NCBI GenBank assembly: GCA_918797485.1
Contig: CAKKNE010000003.1
Coordinates: forward strand, 2,294,001-2,358,000
Direction of reading: 5' to 3'
From: Pelagomonas calceolata
Lineage: Eukaryota
DNA: 64,000 nucleotides
Part shown: piece after piece, positions 21,801 through 32,109 of the stretch
How the letters are laid out: each line of letters begins with the position of its first letter
Position numbering within the stretch: the first letter of the stretch is position 1
Program-made: the position numbers and the translations under genes
The notes under the pieces: model-generated
The model's input: only the letters and a program-made list of their open reading frames with translations
What the model was told of the DNA's origin: nothing
The model's database searches: none

Positions 21801-24034
21801 ATGATGAATCTTCTTGTGTGCAACCTCTCGTGTTCGTCTTGGCTCCTGGGAGTGATCCGATGGGTTCGGTCCTCGAAGCGGCCGAAGCGATTGGGAGGGA
21901 GGTCGGTCCGATTTCTCTCGGACAGGGCCAAGGACCGGTAGCGGAAGCTTTGATAGAAAAATCGCGCAAGGAAGGCTCCTGGGTCGTTCTGCAGAACTGC
22001 CACTTGGCGGAGTCGTTCATGACCCGCTTCGAGGAGATCTGCGATAAATTGGCCGAACCGCGGCCGCACGAGAACTTCCGGTTGTGGTGCACGACGTGCC
22101 CGTCGCCCATCTTCCCGACGGCGGTCCTCCAGAACGGCATCAAGATGGCCATCGAACCGCCGAAGGGTTTGCGGGCGAACTTGGTTGGTTCCTATTCCGC
22201 GGCGCCGATCGCGAACCCGGGATACTTGGAGAGCAATTCTAAACCCGAAAAGTTCCGGAAACTCTGCTATTCGCTGTGTATCTTCCACGCTTTGTTGCAG
22301 GAACGACGGTTGTACGGCCCCCTGGGCTGGAACATCCCCTACGGCTTCAACGAGTCGGACATGCTCATCTCGCTGCAGCAGTTGTTCGCGTTCCTGGAGG
22401 AGAACGAGGAGACACCGTTTAAAGCTTTGAAATACTGCATTGGGGAGTGCAACTACGGCGGGCGCGTGACCGACGGGAAGGACCGGATCACGCTCAACAG
22501 CATCATGGAGCGGTTTTTCAACGAAGACGTGCTCGAGACGGGCTACAAGATGTCTGATAGTGGAACGTATTCCATCCCCGCCGCCGAAACGCGGGAACAA
22601 TTCCTGGAGGTCATCGAGGGCCTGCCTTTAGTGGCCCCCCCGGAAATCTTCGGCTTCCACGAGAACGCGAACATCACCAAGGACACGAAGGAGACGAACG
22701 CCATGTTCGCGACCTGTTTGCTCTGTGAAGGTGGGGGTGGTGGCGGTGGCTCCGGTGATAAAGACGCTACTATAGCGACTACAGCAGGGGACATCAAAGA
22801 GAAGCTCCCCGCGGCGTACGACATGGAGCAAGCAGCTATATCTTACCCAGTACTGTGGGAGCAAAGCATGAACACGGTGCTCTGCCAAGAATTAGCGCGA
22901 TTCAACAACCTGACGAACGCGATGAAGAAGTCGCTGATTGACGTCGAAAAAGCCGTGAGGGGTATTGTAGTGATGTCCGGGCCGCTCGAAGCTTTGGGCG
23001 ACTCCTTGGTCTACGGCGCCATCCCGGCCATGTGGAAGGCCAAGTCCTATCCTTCCTTTAAACCTTTAGCCGGCTACGTGACCGATTTACTCGAGAGATT
23101 GAATTTCTTGAATGAATGGTTGTGCGAGAAGCCGCCTTCCACCTACTGGATCTCGGCCTTCTTCTTCCAGCACGCCTTCATGACGGCCTCGAAGCAGAAC
23201 TATTCTAGAGCCGAAACGATTCCCATCGACGCGATTGGTCTGCAGTTCGAGATGCTTCCCAGCAGTTCGTACGCGAAGCCGCCGGCATTGGGCGTCTACG
23301 TCTACGGCTTCTTCTTCGAGGGCGCGCGCTGGGACAAGAAGCAGAAACGCATCCTGGAGAGCGAGCCGAAAGTCCTGTTTACGACGGCGCCGCTCATGTG
23401 GTTCCAGCCCAAAAGAACGGTGCAGATCCGGCATCCTCCCTCATATCTATGCCCGGTCTACAAGACGGGCGATAGAAGAGGGATTTTGGCGACCACCGGA
23501 CACAGCACAAATTTTATATTGGACATAAACGTGCCGAGCCGTGCGGAAATCAACGTTACGGCGCCTTCACGCCGTCGTCATGATATCGGAGAGGCTCGTT
23601 TCCTAGAATCATGGCGGTGGGTGGTCTTTTTTTCGAATTTGAGTTGTTTTCGGGCGCGTCGGGGCCCGGACCATGAGAGTACTGGTGAAAGGTCGAGAAT
23701 TCGTGCTGTGCGCCGATGGGGCGCGGCCGGGGGGCTCCCGGCGTCGCGCCGACGGCGTTGGTGTGTCTTGGGACGCCTATCCCGTGCCGTCGGCGGCCGC
23801 CGTCGCGGCGGCCGCCGTCGCCCGGCACGCCGTCGACGCGGCGCCTGCTCGATGGCGTGGCGATGCCGGTTCCTCGCCGCTCGACCGAGCCAGGACGGCC
23901 GCGTCGTCGCCGAGAAATGACTTTGTGAAGAGCAGGCGACTCACCGGTTGATTTCCACACAGGTGCCGAGCGACGTTCCCCCAGAACATTGGGTCCAACG
24001 GGGCGTCGCGATGCTGTCGCAGCTGGATGACTAA
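9881..24034 (+). CDS. Axonemal (single-headed inner-arm type) dynein heavy chain, ~4455 aa; join(9881-12856,12979-13412,13513-13925,14058-23530,23963-24034)
   Basis: P-loops GPAGTGKT, GAPFSGKT, GPTGTGKS, GVGGSGRQS; FPRFFFLSNDELLEIL; CFDEFNRI. Splicing restores the canonical C-terminus ...STNFILDINVPSDVPPEHWVQRGVAMLSQLDD*. Exon total of 13368 nt is in frame. Confidence 0.93.
12857..12978 (+). other. GC-AG intron (122 bp) in dynein; decayed introner relative
   Basis: GAG|GCACGC...CGCGCAG|GCCACG joins two ORFs in frame; shares GTTGCGGCGCCTTCAC and TGGTTTCTTTTCCGAGTTTGAG-like blocks with element 23539-23962. Confidence 0.7.
13413..13512 (+). other. GT-AG intron (100 bp) in dynein; decayed introner relative
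   Basis: AA|GTGCGG...CACACACAG|G gives KSCTKEFGPLDKLW...; shares CCTTCACGCCGTCG and CGGAGAGG with element 23539-23962. Confidence 0.75.
13926..14057 (+). other. GT-AG intron (132 bp) in dynein; possible decayed introner
   Basis: G|GTGCTG...TTCCCACACAG|AC gives LIEDTCVAASKE and removes the stop at 13940-13942; the end resembles the TIR TTTCCACACAG. Confidence 0.75.
23539..23962 (+). mobile_element. Introner copy 2 (424 bp, longest); intron 23531-23962 in dynein
   Basis: TIRs CCGTGCGGAAATCAAC / GTTGATTTCCACACAG; perfect TSD GTGCCGAG at 23531-23538 and 23963-23970. Confidence 0.93.
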
Positions 24035-24089
24035 GGAGAGGGAAATGTAGGTTCTAGTCTTCGTTGCGTTCAAGTTCGTCGATTACTCG

Positions 24090-24958
24090 CTAGGGCGCCG
24101 CGGATCGGGCGCGGAGGGCGTCTCGCGCTTCTCGCAATCCTTCCTCTATCGCTACCATGAACGGATGGGCGCCACCGAGCAGGCGCCGCGTAATCCGTTC
24201 CGCGTCCTCGAGCGTCGTCACTGCCTCGCGGAGATGGTCAAGCGTGGCACACTCGTTTTCGTAGAGCGCCCGCGCGAAAAGGCACCTCATCTTGATCGTG
24301 GCGCACGCCGCCGCTCCCAGTAGCGACAGGCAGACCTGGTGGTAGTCCGGAAGGTGGGCGTACCTGTGTGGAAATTAATCAGTATGGCGTGGCAGACGAC
24401 GCGATGATTTAGCACGAACGCGCCGTAAAATTTTGATTTCCACACGGGCGCGTACTTGTTATCCATAGGCACGACGATGATATACGCCAACGCGTGATGC
24501 ATGACGATGAACGGAAATAGACCCCGCGGGCAACGCGCCCAGCCCCAGCGGTCTGATACGTCGCCGTGGAACGTCGCCACATAGACTTGTATTTGGCTAA
24601 ATAAGTCCCAACCTAGGTCTAGCAGGGAACCGAACAAAAACATGTCCTGATACGTCTCGCTCGCGCCCCATCCGTAGATCACGACCGGTAGCATGAGCGA
24701 GCCGCAGGTGGCGTGGAACATGAACGCGAGGATGCCTCCAGCCCACGCCCTCAGGCAGTGCTCGTCGTCGCACCAGTCTTTCGGCGTTCCCATGCCTATA
24801 GAGACGTGGCGCTGCAGTTCTAGGCAACGGGGCATCCACTTCTGTCGGAGGCCCCAACGCTCGACGAGGGGCTGGACGACGATAGTAAATAGCCCGGAGA
24901 CGACCGCCAGGGCGGCGGCCCAGGCCCAGAGCGTGGAGGTGTCGCGTTCGATTATCAT
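24090..24958 (-). CDS. Multi-pass membrane protein with TPR-like C-terminal tail; join(complement 24456-24958, 24090-24363)
   Basis: Several hydrophobic segments. Removing intron 24364-24455 gives MDNK-YAHLPDYHQVCLSLLGAA...IKMRCLFARALY...GGAHP... in frame (777 nt). Confidence 0.65.
24364..24447 (-). mobile_element. Introner copy 3 (84 bp); intron 24364-24455
   Basis: Gene-strand CCGTGTGGAAATCAAAA...TTAATTTCCACACAG; TSD GTACGCGC / GTACGCCC (7/8). Confidence 0.9.
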
Positions 24959-25191
24959 CCCTCCTATCAGCGAGTACTTGCGCCGGAAAAGTTAAGCGGG
25001 CACGCTAAGCACGCACGCTGGATTTGGCTAGCCAATTTGTCACAGAGATGGTTTTGTTGGGTTCCCAAGCTGTCGGCGAGCTATCGGTCGTCTTGTCGTG
25101 TCGGGCCGTTTGTCGCGGGCGTAATGCGATGGATGCTCGCCCACCCAGTGCGCGCTATCGGCTTATACAGCCCTGGCAAGCATGCCGAGGG

Positions 25192-25213
25192 CTAGCGGTC
25201 TGTAAGACACTAG
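25192..25213. promoter_or_regulatory. Recurrent CTAG-bounded intergenic motif
   Basis: CTAGCGGTCTGTAAGACACTAG between divergent genes. Confidence 0.5.
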
Positions 25214-25319
25214 GATTGCAGATCTGGGTGCGAGAAAGTGGCCTTTGCTGAGCCGCTGCCGCACCAAACCTGCCCAGAAGTGGAATTCGTCGAGCAGTTT
25301 ACCCGGGCGTACCGCTGCG

Positions 25320-27026
25320 ATGGCCACTTTGGACGCCTGTGCCTCGTGCGGCCGAAGCGCCGAAGGCCTCAAGAGATGCAGCCGGTGTCAGCGCGTCGCG
25401 TACTGCGACACGAATTGCCAGGCCGCCCATTTTCCCGAACACAAGCTGGTGTGCGCGCGGCTGAGAAAATCCGGGCCGACGGACGTGAACGAGCAATGTC
25501 CCATTTGCCTGTATCCCGTCCGCGACGCCGAAGAGTTGCCCTGCTCGCATCGGCTGTGCCGCGGCTGCCACGGGTACATGCTGAACGTCCCGGACAGCGC
25601 GAACGCGTGTCCGCTCTGCCAGGGGCCCCTGGGTCCCGAAAAAATCGAGAACATGAAGAATTCGTACGTGCTCATCGCGCGGGCGACGCGGGCGCTGCAG
25701 GAGAAGGACAGCGCGCAGGCGCGAAAGCTGATCGCGAAGGCCACGGCCCAGGCGCGGCGGGCGCTGAAGCGGGCCCCGGCGGACATCGACGCCCACCAGT
25801 TGCTGGACGTGGCCCTCAAGCTGGCCGGCGACTCCAACGGGCGGCTCGAGGCGTTCCAGAAGCTCCTGGACGCCCGGCCGCGCAAGGAGGGCGACGCCCG
25901 CGCGGCCACCGTCTGGAACAACTACGGAAACGCGCTGTTTGAGATTGCCAAGGCCAAAGGCTCCGACATGGCGGCGTCGGCCCGGGCAGCGGCCGCGTAC
26001 CGGCGGGCCATTGAGATCTTCGAGGATCTCGGACAACACAGCGCCCACCGCGGCCCGCTCGACGCGGCCATCGCCGACCGCGCCGGCTACACGTCTCGCG
26101 GCTTCGACGCCGCGGGCGCCTACGCTTCTCTCGGGTTCAGCTTACGGCCCGTGGACCGCGACGGCTCGTACCGCGCGCTGACCAAGGCCCTGGAACTCGG
26201 CGTCGGCCCGGACCAGCTGGCCGACGTGCACTCTCACCTGGGCAAGCTGTGCTTCGTGAAGCCGATGGACACGAAGTACCAGGCCTGGCCCGAGCACCTC
26301 GAGCTGGCCCCGGGCGACGAGTGCGTCCACCACCTCCGCACGGCCCTCGACTCCGGACTCCCGGACGATCATCGCGCGCACACCTTCTATATTCTCGGTC
26401 TGGCTCTCGCGCAGCGCGGCGAGTTCGCCGACGCGGCGCGAGCGTTCGAGTCGGCGGTCGCCGCGCTGGCCCCGGGAGCCGCCGATAGGCCGGACCACTG
26501 GTGGGCCGAGGCCCTCGCCCGCCTGCTGAGCGGCGACGGCGTCGGCGCCCTCCGCAAGCTGCGCGCGTGCGCGGCGCGGTTCGACTTCCTGAAGGAATGG
26601 GGCCTCCCCGCCCTCGTCGAAGAGGCCAGGGCGCTCATCCTGCGGAACGGCGCGGCGCCGCCGACCAAGGCGCGCGTGCAGTTCCTGATCTGCGACGCCG
26701 TCGGCCCGCTCGATAGGATCCACCTGCCGATCTTCGAGACCGAGATGGTCCAGGACTGTCAACTCAACTCGGAGATCTTCGCGGCGGTTCGCGGGGAGCC
26801 GATGGCGGACTACCTCAGCACGGGCATGTTCCAGCGGACCATGGTTATGGGGAAGCCGGGAGGTTTATTTGCGTTGATGGGCGGCCTCGGTCGCCCGCCG
26901 CCGAGCTCGTCGACGGGGCCGCTGCCGCCGGGCTGGGTCGAAAGGTCCACCGGCTCGGGAGCCAAGTCACGAGCCTACTACGTCTGCCGCGCGAAGGAGA
27001 CGGTGACGTGGGTGCGACCGGACTAG
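25320..27026 (+). CDS. MYND zinc finger + RING + TPR + WW domain protein (putative E3 ligase)
   Basis: CASC...RCSRCQRVAYCDTNCQAAHFPEHKLVC; CPICL...LPCSHRLCRGC...CPLC; WNNYGNAL and other TPR-like helices; LPPGWVE...YY......TWVRP. Confidence 0.85.
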   Translation: MATLDACASCGRSAEGLKRCSRCQRVAYCDTNCQAAHFPEHKLVCARLRKSGPTDVNEQCPICLYPVRDAEELPCSHRLCRGCHGYMLNVPDSANACPLCQGPLGPEKIENMKNSYVLIARATRALQEKDSAQARKLIAKATAQARRALKRAPADIDAHQLLDVALKLAGDSNGRLEAFQKLLDARPRKEGDARAATVWNNYGNALFEIAKAKGSDMAASARAAAAYRRAIEIFEDLGQHSAHRGPLDAAIADRAGYTSRGFDAAGAYASLGFSLRPVDRDGSYRALTKALELGVGPDQLADVHSHLGKLCFVKPMDTKYQAWPEHLELAPGDECVHHLRTALDSGLPDDHRAHTFYILGLALAQRGEFADAARAFESAVAALAPGAADRPDHWWAEALARLLSGDGVGALRKLRACAARFDFLKEWGLPALVEEARALILRNGAAPPTKARVQFLICDAVGPLDRIHLPIFETEMVQDCQLNSEIFAAVRGEPMADYLSTGMFQRTMVMGKPGGLFALMGGLGRPPPSSSTGPLPPGWVERSTGSGAKSRAYYVCRAKETVTWVRPD

Positions 27027-27083
27027 GCCGCCCACTTGTTATGTGTAAGAACACTGGCTGATCATTGAATAAACCACAAATTC

Positions 27084-30000
27084 TTAGAGGGCCTCCGCCT
27101 CCTGCGCCTCCAGCCGCTTCCGCGCCGCCTTCTTCCGCTCCCGGAGTACCTTCGCGGACACGGGGTTCGAGCCCAGTCTAGCTTTAAAGGCCGCCTTGGC
27201 CTTCTGCAATTCGATGACCGAGGGCTGCTTCGGGCCCAATCCGCGCGCGGCCCGGGCCTCGTTGTGCCGCCTCTGGTTGTTCTCGTAGTCGCGCAGCATG
27301 AGCGCCCCGTCGTCGAGGCGCCTTCCTAGTCCATGGAGCTTCGAGACGGACGGGCCGCCACCACTTGCTCTTTTAGAAGCATCAACAACCAAGACACGAC
27401 CACCACCTCGCAACTCTTTCGTCGGCGCATAGATCGCATCGACCAGCGCCAACCGATCCAAGAGCACAAATAACACATCCTCGCGGTTGTTCAGCCTCCT
27501 GATCTTCTCGCCTTTTTGTCGGTCGGCGTTGGCCCCATTGATCGCGGCCTCGACGGTCGACGCAGGACAAACCCCAACATACGTCGTCTGCGCCGCGAAG
27601 TCCTGGCCACTAAATTTATAATTCATGCCGCACCGCGTGACCGTCAATACTAAGTCCACGCCGCCGACTCGCCTGCCGCCGACGAACGCGATCTCGACCG
27701 GCGCGCCTAACAATTTACGCTCGGCCTCCTCTTTATCTTGCATTCGTTTCCTAACGCCGCGCGCGTAGGCTTGCAGTAACGCCGCGGCCTTCATCTCTCG
27801 CTTCCGGAGAGCTCTAAACTGCCGCCCGCGCACGCAAGCCTGGAACTTCGAGATCCCCAGATCTCTTTGGAGTTGCGCTAGCAACCGCTGGGCCCGTCTG
27901 ATAGCAACACCTGCCCTTTGTCGATCCTTCTCGCGCAGCCGGAAGATGTTCCGTTTGAACATACTAGCGGCATCAAAACCTCGATACGCTCTTTGCACGA
28001 GAATGGCGCAGAACGTCTCCATGGCCAGATGTACGGCGGCCGCTCGTGCTCTTGCTACTTCAGGCACTTGCAAGGACGGCGGCACCCCATCACGAGGACC
28101 GCCCCGGCCGTCGCCGCCCACTAACACCAACCTGTCCCACACAACTTCCGCTAGTCTACCGTCTCGCAACGCCGCCGCCTGCTCGGACTTCGGGAAATGT
28201 AATTTTGCGAGTTCTTCGAGGTCGTGGAGCAGGAGGACGTGGTCCCGCGCCGTCACCGGTGACCCGCGCGTCGTCGCGGCGGACCTTTCAGCCGTACACA
28301 CGAAGGCGTCGCCACAGGCAAAGACGCGGACGTGCCAGCTCCCCGACGCCGTGTCCGGTCGCTGCGTCCGCGTCTGGGGCCTCGACGACGGAGGCTTCGC
28401 CGCCTCGGCGTCGTCAAAATCAGCTATGCCACAAGCAGCTTCCACGTCGCGCACGCACCTCACGTCGCGCATGCGTTCGATGACGGGATCCCTAACTCGC
28501 GTGAAGAGGGCGTCGTGGGCCTCGGCACAACCCATGGCATTCGCAAATGCACTTAAGTCGCCGCCGCCCTCCGACTCCGCCAGGCGCCGCGCCAGGTCGA
28601 GGTGATACACCGCTCTTTGCGTATCTCGGGCGCGTTTGACCCGCGCTTGTCCATCCGCACAGGCGGGCTCGAGGTGCGGGTCGCCTCTGCTGGAAGCGAG
28701 CGCCGCGCCGCAGAAGGCCCGGGCGTTCGGTGCTCGATACCCCTCGGACCACATGACGACGGCGTTTCTTAAATAAGCTCTCTCAAAATAGACGCCCGCG
28801 TGGCGCGACTCGTCCATGCTTCGCGCCGTCTTGATGAGATCTAGAGCTTCATCAAGCCAGTCGGCCAGCACGAGCTTGTACTTCGTCGCGCAGGCCCAGC
28901 CGAGCTGGCGGCACGCTGCTCTTGTAGCCATCACGGCTGATGACGGCGAGGCCGCCTCCAACACTGATAATGCGGAGTCGCAGTTGCCATCACCTAACGC
29001 TAATGCATGAGCCGCGTGCAGCAATGGATCGATGGCGGCAGCTCTAGCTAACACGCCGGGCGGGGTCTTCTCTCTCTCCGTTTGTTCCAGTTCCGCCGCG
29101 GCCTTGCGCGCCTTATACGCCGCGAGCGGGTCCTTCGACTCATCGATAGGCGCCTCCGCCTTCCTCTCCTCGGGCTTCTCGTACTCGTCTCCACCTATTA
29201 ATGAAGCGACCTCCCACTCAAAGGGCACCAAGGCGCAGGCTTTGTATGCGACGACTTTTCCGACCGGATCTGCAACATCTTCCCAGGGTCCTGGTACAGC
29301 GTCCTCGGGCGGCAGCTCGAGCTTGTTGCGCTCCTTTTGAGCTCTCGCTAATCGAGCCGCCGCGCTCAACGCATCTAATCTCGCAGCGGCCACGGCGCTC
29401 GCCACGGCGAACCTAGCTGCCCGTCTCTTACCAAGCGCCATGCGCCAGCAGCGCTGCATGCGGCCCCGCATCCTCGCTCTCCTCAATCTCCTCGCTTCAG
29501 CGAGCATCTTGCGCACCATCTTGTCGCGGAACGCGCGCTGGACGCGCCAGGCCGCCGTCTCGAAGACCGCCGCGCGCATCGCTCTCGCGAGGCGTCGCGC
29601 GGCGCCGCCCCGACACACCGCGGCCATCAGCGTCGCTGCTTTGTAGACGTAGGCCTCGGCTCGTCGTACCGCCTTCCTTCTCCCGAGGACGCCGCGCCAC
29701 CTTTTTTGCCCCTTGCGCGCCCAGTGGTGCGCGAGCGTCGACATGTGAATTGAGGGAGGGTTCGACGACGCCGCCACGAGGGCCAGGCGCGTGTACGTCG
29801 CGCCACCAGGTAAGTCGACGCACCACAATCGCGCGCGGCACTGGAGCCCGCGCTCGACGCGCTGGACTTTTGTCGCGGCCATGGCCATTTCACCTAAAAA
29901 GATGCGCGGCGGGCGCGCTTCGACGTCATCGGCGATCATCTGGAACGCCGTGCGCCCGTCCTCTCCCTGTATCGAGGCCGCCGCCCACGACGGCGACAGC

Positions 30001-30356
30001 GGCGGCAGCCATTGCAGTTCCAGATTCTTGCCCCTGGCCGGGCGCCGGCGCCGGCTCCGCGGCCAGGGCGGGAGCGGGCCGCCCGCAGCGTAGGGAGACG
30101 TTGTGGTAGCCCCCGGACGATAGGGCGACGACGCGCCCCCGGCGCCCGGATCCGGCGGACCGTAGGGCGACTGCATCACCTTGCTTGTCGCATCGCGTTT
30201 GCTTCCCCGCGCGGGGCTGCCTCCGTAGGGCGACGCCGCCGCCGCGCCGGCGCCCGGACCGTGGGGTGACTGCATTACCTCACTTTGCGTCGCATCATCT
30301 ACCTCCCCTCCTCCGGGGCTGCCCCGGGAGCTGGAAACCAGCGTTGCGGGGTGCAC
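27084..30356 (-). CDS. Multi-IQ-motif (calmodulin-binding) protein; start uncertain (ATG at 30275)
   Basis: ATKVQRVERG, AWRVQRAFR, AILVQRAYRG, FQACVRGRQFR, AALLQAYARG. Confidence 0.7.
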   Translation of the reverse strand: MHPATLVSSSRGSPGGGEVDDATQSEVMQSPHGPGAGAAAASPYGGSPARGSKRDATSKVMQSPYGPPDPGAGGASSPYRPGATTTSPYAAGGPLPPWPRSRRRRPARGKNLELQWLPPLSPSWAAASIQGEDGRTAFQMIADDVEARPPRIFLGEMAMAATKVQRVERGLQCRARLWCVDLPGGATYTRLALVAASSNPPSIHMSTLAHHWARKGQKRWRGVLGRRKAVRRAEAYVYKAATLMAAVCRGGAARRLARAMRAAVFETAAWRVQRAFRDKMVRKMLAEARRLRRARMRGRMQRCWRMALGKRRAARFAVASAVAAARLDALSAAARLARAQKERNKLELPPEDAVPGPWEDVADPVGKVVAYKACALVPFEWEVASLIGGDEYEKPEERKAEAPIDESKDPLAAYKARKAAAELEQTEREKTPPGVLARAAAIDPLLHAAHALALGDGNCDSALSVLEAASPSSAVMATRAACRQLGWACATKYKLVLADWLDEALDLIKTARSMDESRHAGVYFERAYLRNAVVMWSEGYRAPNARAFCGAALASSRGDPHLEPACADGQARVKRARDTQRAVYHLDLARRLAESEGGGDLSAFANAMGCAEAHDALFTRVRDPVIERMRDVRCVRDVEAACGIADFDDAEAAKPPSSRPQTRTQRPDTASGSWHVRVFACGDAFVCTAERSAATTRGSPVTARDHVLLLHDLEELAKLHFPKSEQAAALRDGRLAEVVWDRLVLVGGDGRGGPRDGVPPSLQVPEVARARAAAVHLAMETFCAILVQRAYRGFDAASMFKRNIFRLREKDRQRAGVAIRRAQRLLAQLQRDLGISKFQACVRGRQFRALRKREMKAAALLQAYARGVRKRMQDKEEAERKLLGAPVEIAFVGGRRVGGVDLVLTVTRCGMNYKFSGQDFAAQTTYVGVCPASTVEAAINGANADRQKGEKIRRLNNREDVLFVLLDRLALVDAIYAPTKELRGGGRVLVVDASKRASGGGPSVSKLHGLGRRLDDGALMLRDYENNQRRHNEARAARGLGPKQPSVIELQKAKAAFKARLGSNPVSAKVLRERKKAARKRLEAQEAEAL

Positions 30357-30427
30357 AACGACGCGTTGTCGCGCGTCCCCTCGGTGTGGGTGTCCTGCTT
30401 TGGCAGATTGGGGCAGCGCTAAGCTAG

Positions 30428-30447
30428 CTAGTGTCTTACTCCGCTAG
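30428..30447. promoter_or_regulatory. Recurrent CTAG-bounded intergenic motif
   Basis: CTAGTGTCTTACTCCGCTAG upstream of the IQ gene. Confidence 0.5.
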
Positions 30448-30747
30448 CTGCGGTTCCTAAAAAGCGCGGGAGCCCTGGAAGCCGCGCCCCGCCCGGGCCG
30501 GGCGGTACCCCCTCAAACTGCTGACTCCTCGCCGATCCCGCTCATCAAAACTAACGCTCAACTGCATCGCGAGCGCGCCGGGTTTCTACGAGATATACGA
30601 TGTCAAGCTTACTGAGTTCTTCAGCTGGGTTCTTCAACGGAGCGTCTTCAACGGAGCGGCGTGCAGCGATCTTTTTGCGGGTGCGAACGAAAAAACACGT
30701 ACGGGACGGACAGGTGTCAATCAACCGTGTGGCGCGCGTGGGCGGAT

Positions 30748-32109
30748 CTAGTACTCCTCGCCGAAGTCCTCCTCCTCGCCCTCGCCCTCGGCGGTCTCGG
30801 CGCCGACCTCCTCGAAGTCCTTCTCGAGGGCCGCGAGGTCCTCGCGGGCCTCGGAGAACTCGCCCTCCTCCATGCCCTCACCGACGTACCAGTGGACGAA
30901 GGCGCGCTTGGCGTACATGAGGTCGAACTTGTGGTCGATGCGCGAGAGCGCCTCGCCGACGGCCGTCGTGTTGGCGACCATGCAGACCGCGCGCATGACG
31001 CGGGCGAGGTCGCCGCCGGGGACGACGGTGGGCGGCTGGTAGTTGATGCCGCACTTGAAGCCCGTCGGGCACCAGTCGACGAACTGGATCGTGCGCTTGG
31101 TCTTGATCGTGGCGACCGAGGCGTTGACGTCCTTGGGGACGACGTCGCCGCGGTACATGAGGCAGCAGGCCATGTACTTGCCGTGGCGCGGGTCGCACTT
31201 GGTCATCATGCCGGCCGGCTCGAAGACCGAGTTCGTGATCTCGGCGACGGAGAGCTGCTCGTGGTACGCCTTCTCGGCCGAGATGACCGGCGCGTACGAC
31301 GTGAGCATGAAGTGGATGCGCGGGTACGGCACGAGGTTCGTCTGGAACTCCGTGATGTCGACGTTGAGGGCGCCGTCGAAGCGGAGCGACGCCGTGAGCG
31401 ACGAGGCCACCTGGGCGAAGAGGCGGTTGAGGTTCGTGTACGTCGGGCGCTCGATGTCGAGGTTGCGGCGGCAGACGTCGTAGAGGGCCTCGTTGTCGAG
31501 GGCGAACGTCACGTCCGTGTGCTCGAGGAGCGCGTGCGTCGAGAGCACCGAGTTGTAGGGCTCGACGACGGCGTTGGAGATCTGCGGCGCCGGCGAGATG
31601 CAGAACGAGAGCTTGGACTTGCGGCCGTAGTCGACCGAGAGGCGCTCGAGGACGAGCGAGCCGAGGCCGGAGCCCGTGCCGCCGCCCGTGGCGTGGAAGC
31701 AGAGGAAGCCCTGGAGGCCCGTGCAGTTGTCCGCGAGCTTGCGGATGCGGTCGAGCACGAGGTCGACGATCTCCTTGCCGATCGTGTAGTGGCCGCGGGC
31801 GTAGTTGTTGGCCGCGTCCTCCTTGCCCGAGATGATCTGCTCGGGGTGGAAGAGCTGGCGGTACGTGCCCGTGCGGATCTCGTCGCAGACCGACGGCTCG
31901 AGGTCGACGTAGACCGCGCGCGGGACGTGCTTGCCGGCACCCGTCTCCGAGAAGAAGGTGTTGAAGGCGTCGTCGCCGCCGCCGATGGTCTTGTCCGAGG
32001 GCATCTGGCCGTCGGGCTGGATGCCGTGCTCGAGGCAGAAGAGCTCCCAGCAAGCGTTACCGCCCTGGAGACCGGCCTGGCCAATGTGAAGGCAGACGCA
32101 CTCACGCAT
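30748..32109 (-). CDS. TUA: Alpha-tubulin
   Basis: [41 protein letters not shown]-terminal EEY; extreme GC3 codon bias. Confidence 0.98.
   Translation of the reverse strand: MRECVCLHIGQAGLQGGNACWELFCLEHGIQPDGQMPSDKTIGGGDDAFNTFFSETGAGKHVPRAVYVDLEPSVCDEIRTGTYRQLFHPEQIISGKEDAANNYARGHYTIGKEIVDLVLDRIRKLADNCTGLQGFLCFHATGGGTGSGLGSLVLERLSVDYGRKSKLSFCISPAPQISNAVVEPYNSVLSTHALLEHTDVTFALDNEALYDVCRRNLDIERPTYTNLNRLFAQVASSLTASLRFDGALNVDITEFQTNLVPYPRIHFMLTSYAPVISAEKAYHEQLSVAEITNSVFEPAGMMTKCDPRHGKYMACCLMYRGDVVPKDVNASVATIKTKRTIQFVDWCPTGFKCGINYQPPTVVPGGDLARVMRAVCMVANTTAVGEALSRIDHKFDLMYAKRAFVHWYVGEGMEEGEFSEAREDLAALEKDFEEVGAETAEGEGEEEDFGEEY

Noticed and set aside
23531..23920. C-terminal extension of the 3324-aa dynein ORF ending ...GRVVAEK, shared with the kinase ORF end
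   Set aside because: Read-through into introner sequence, not a shared protein domain
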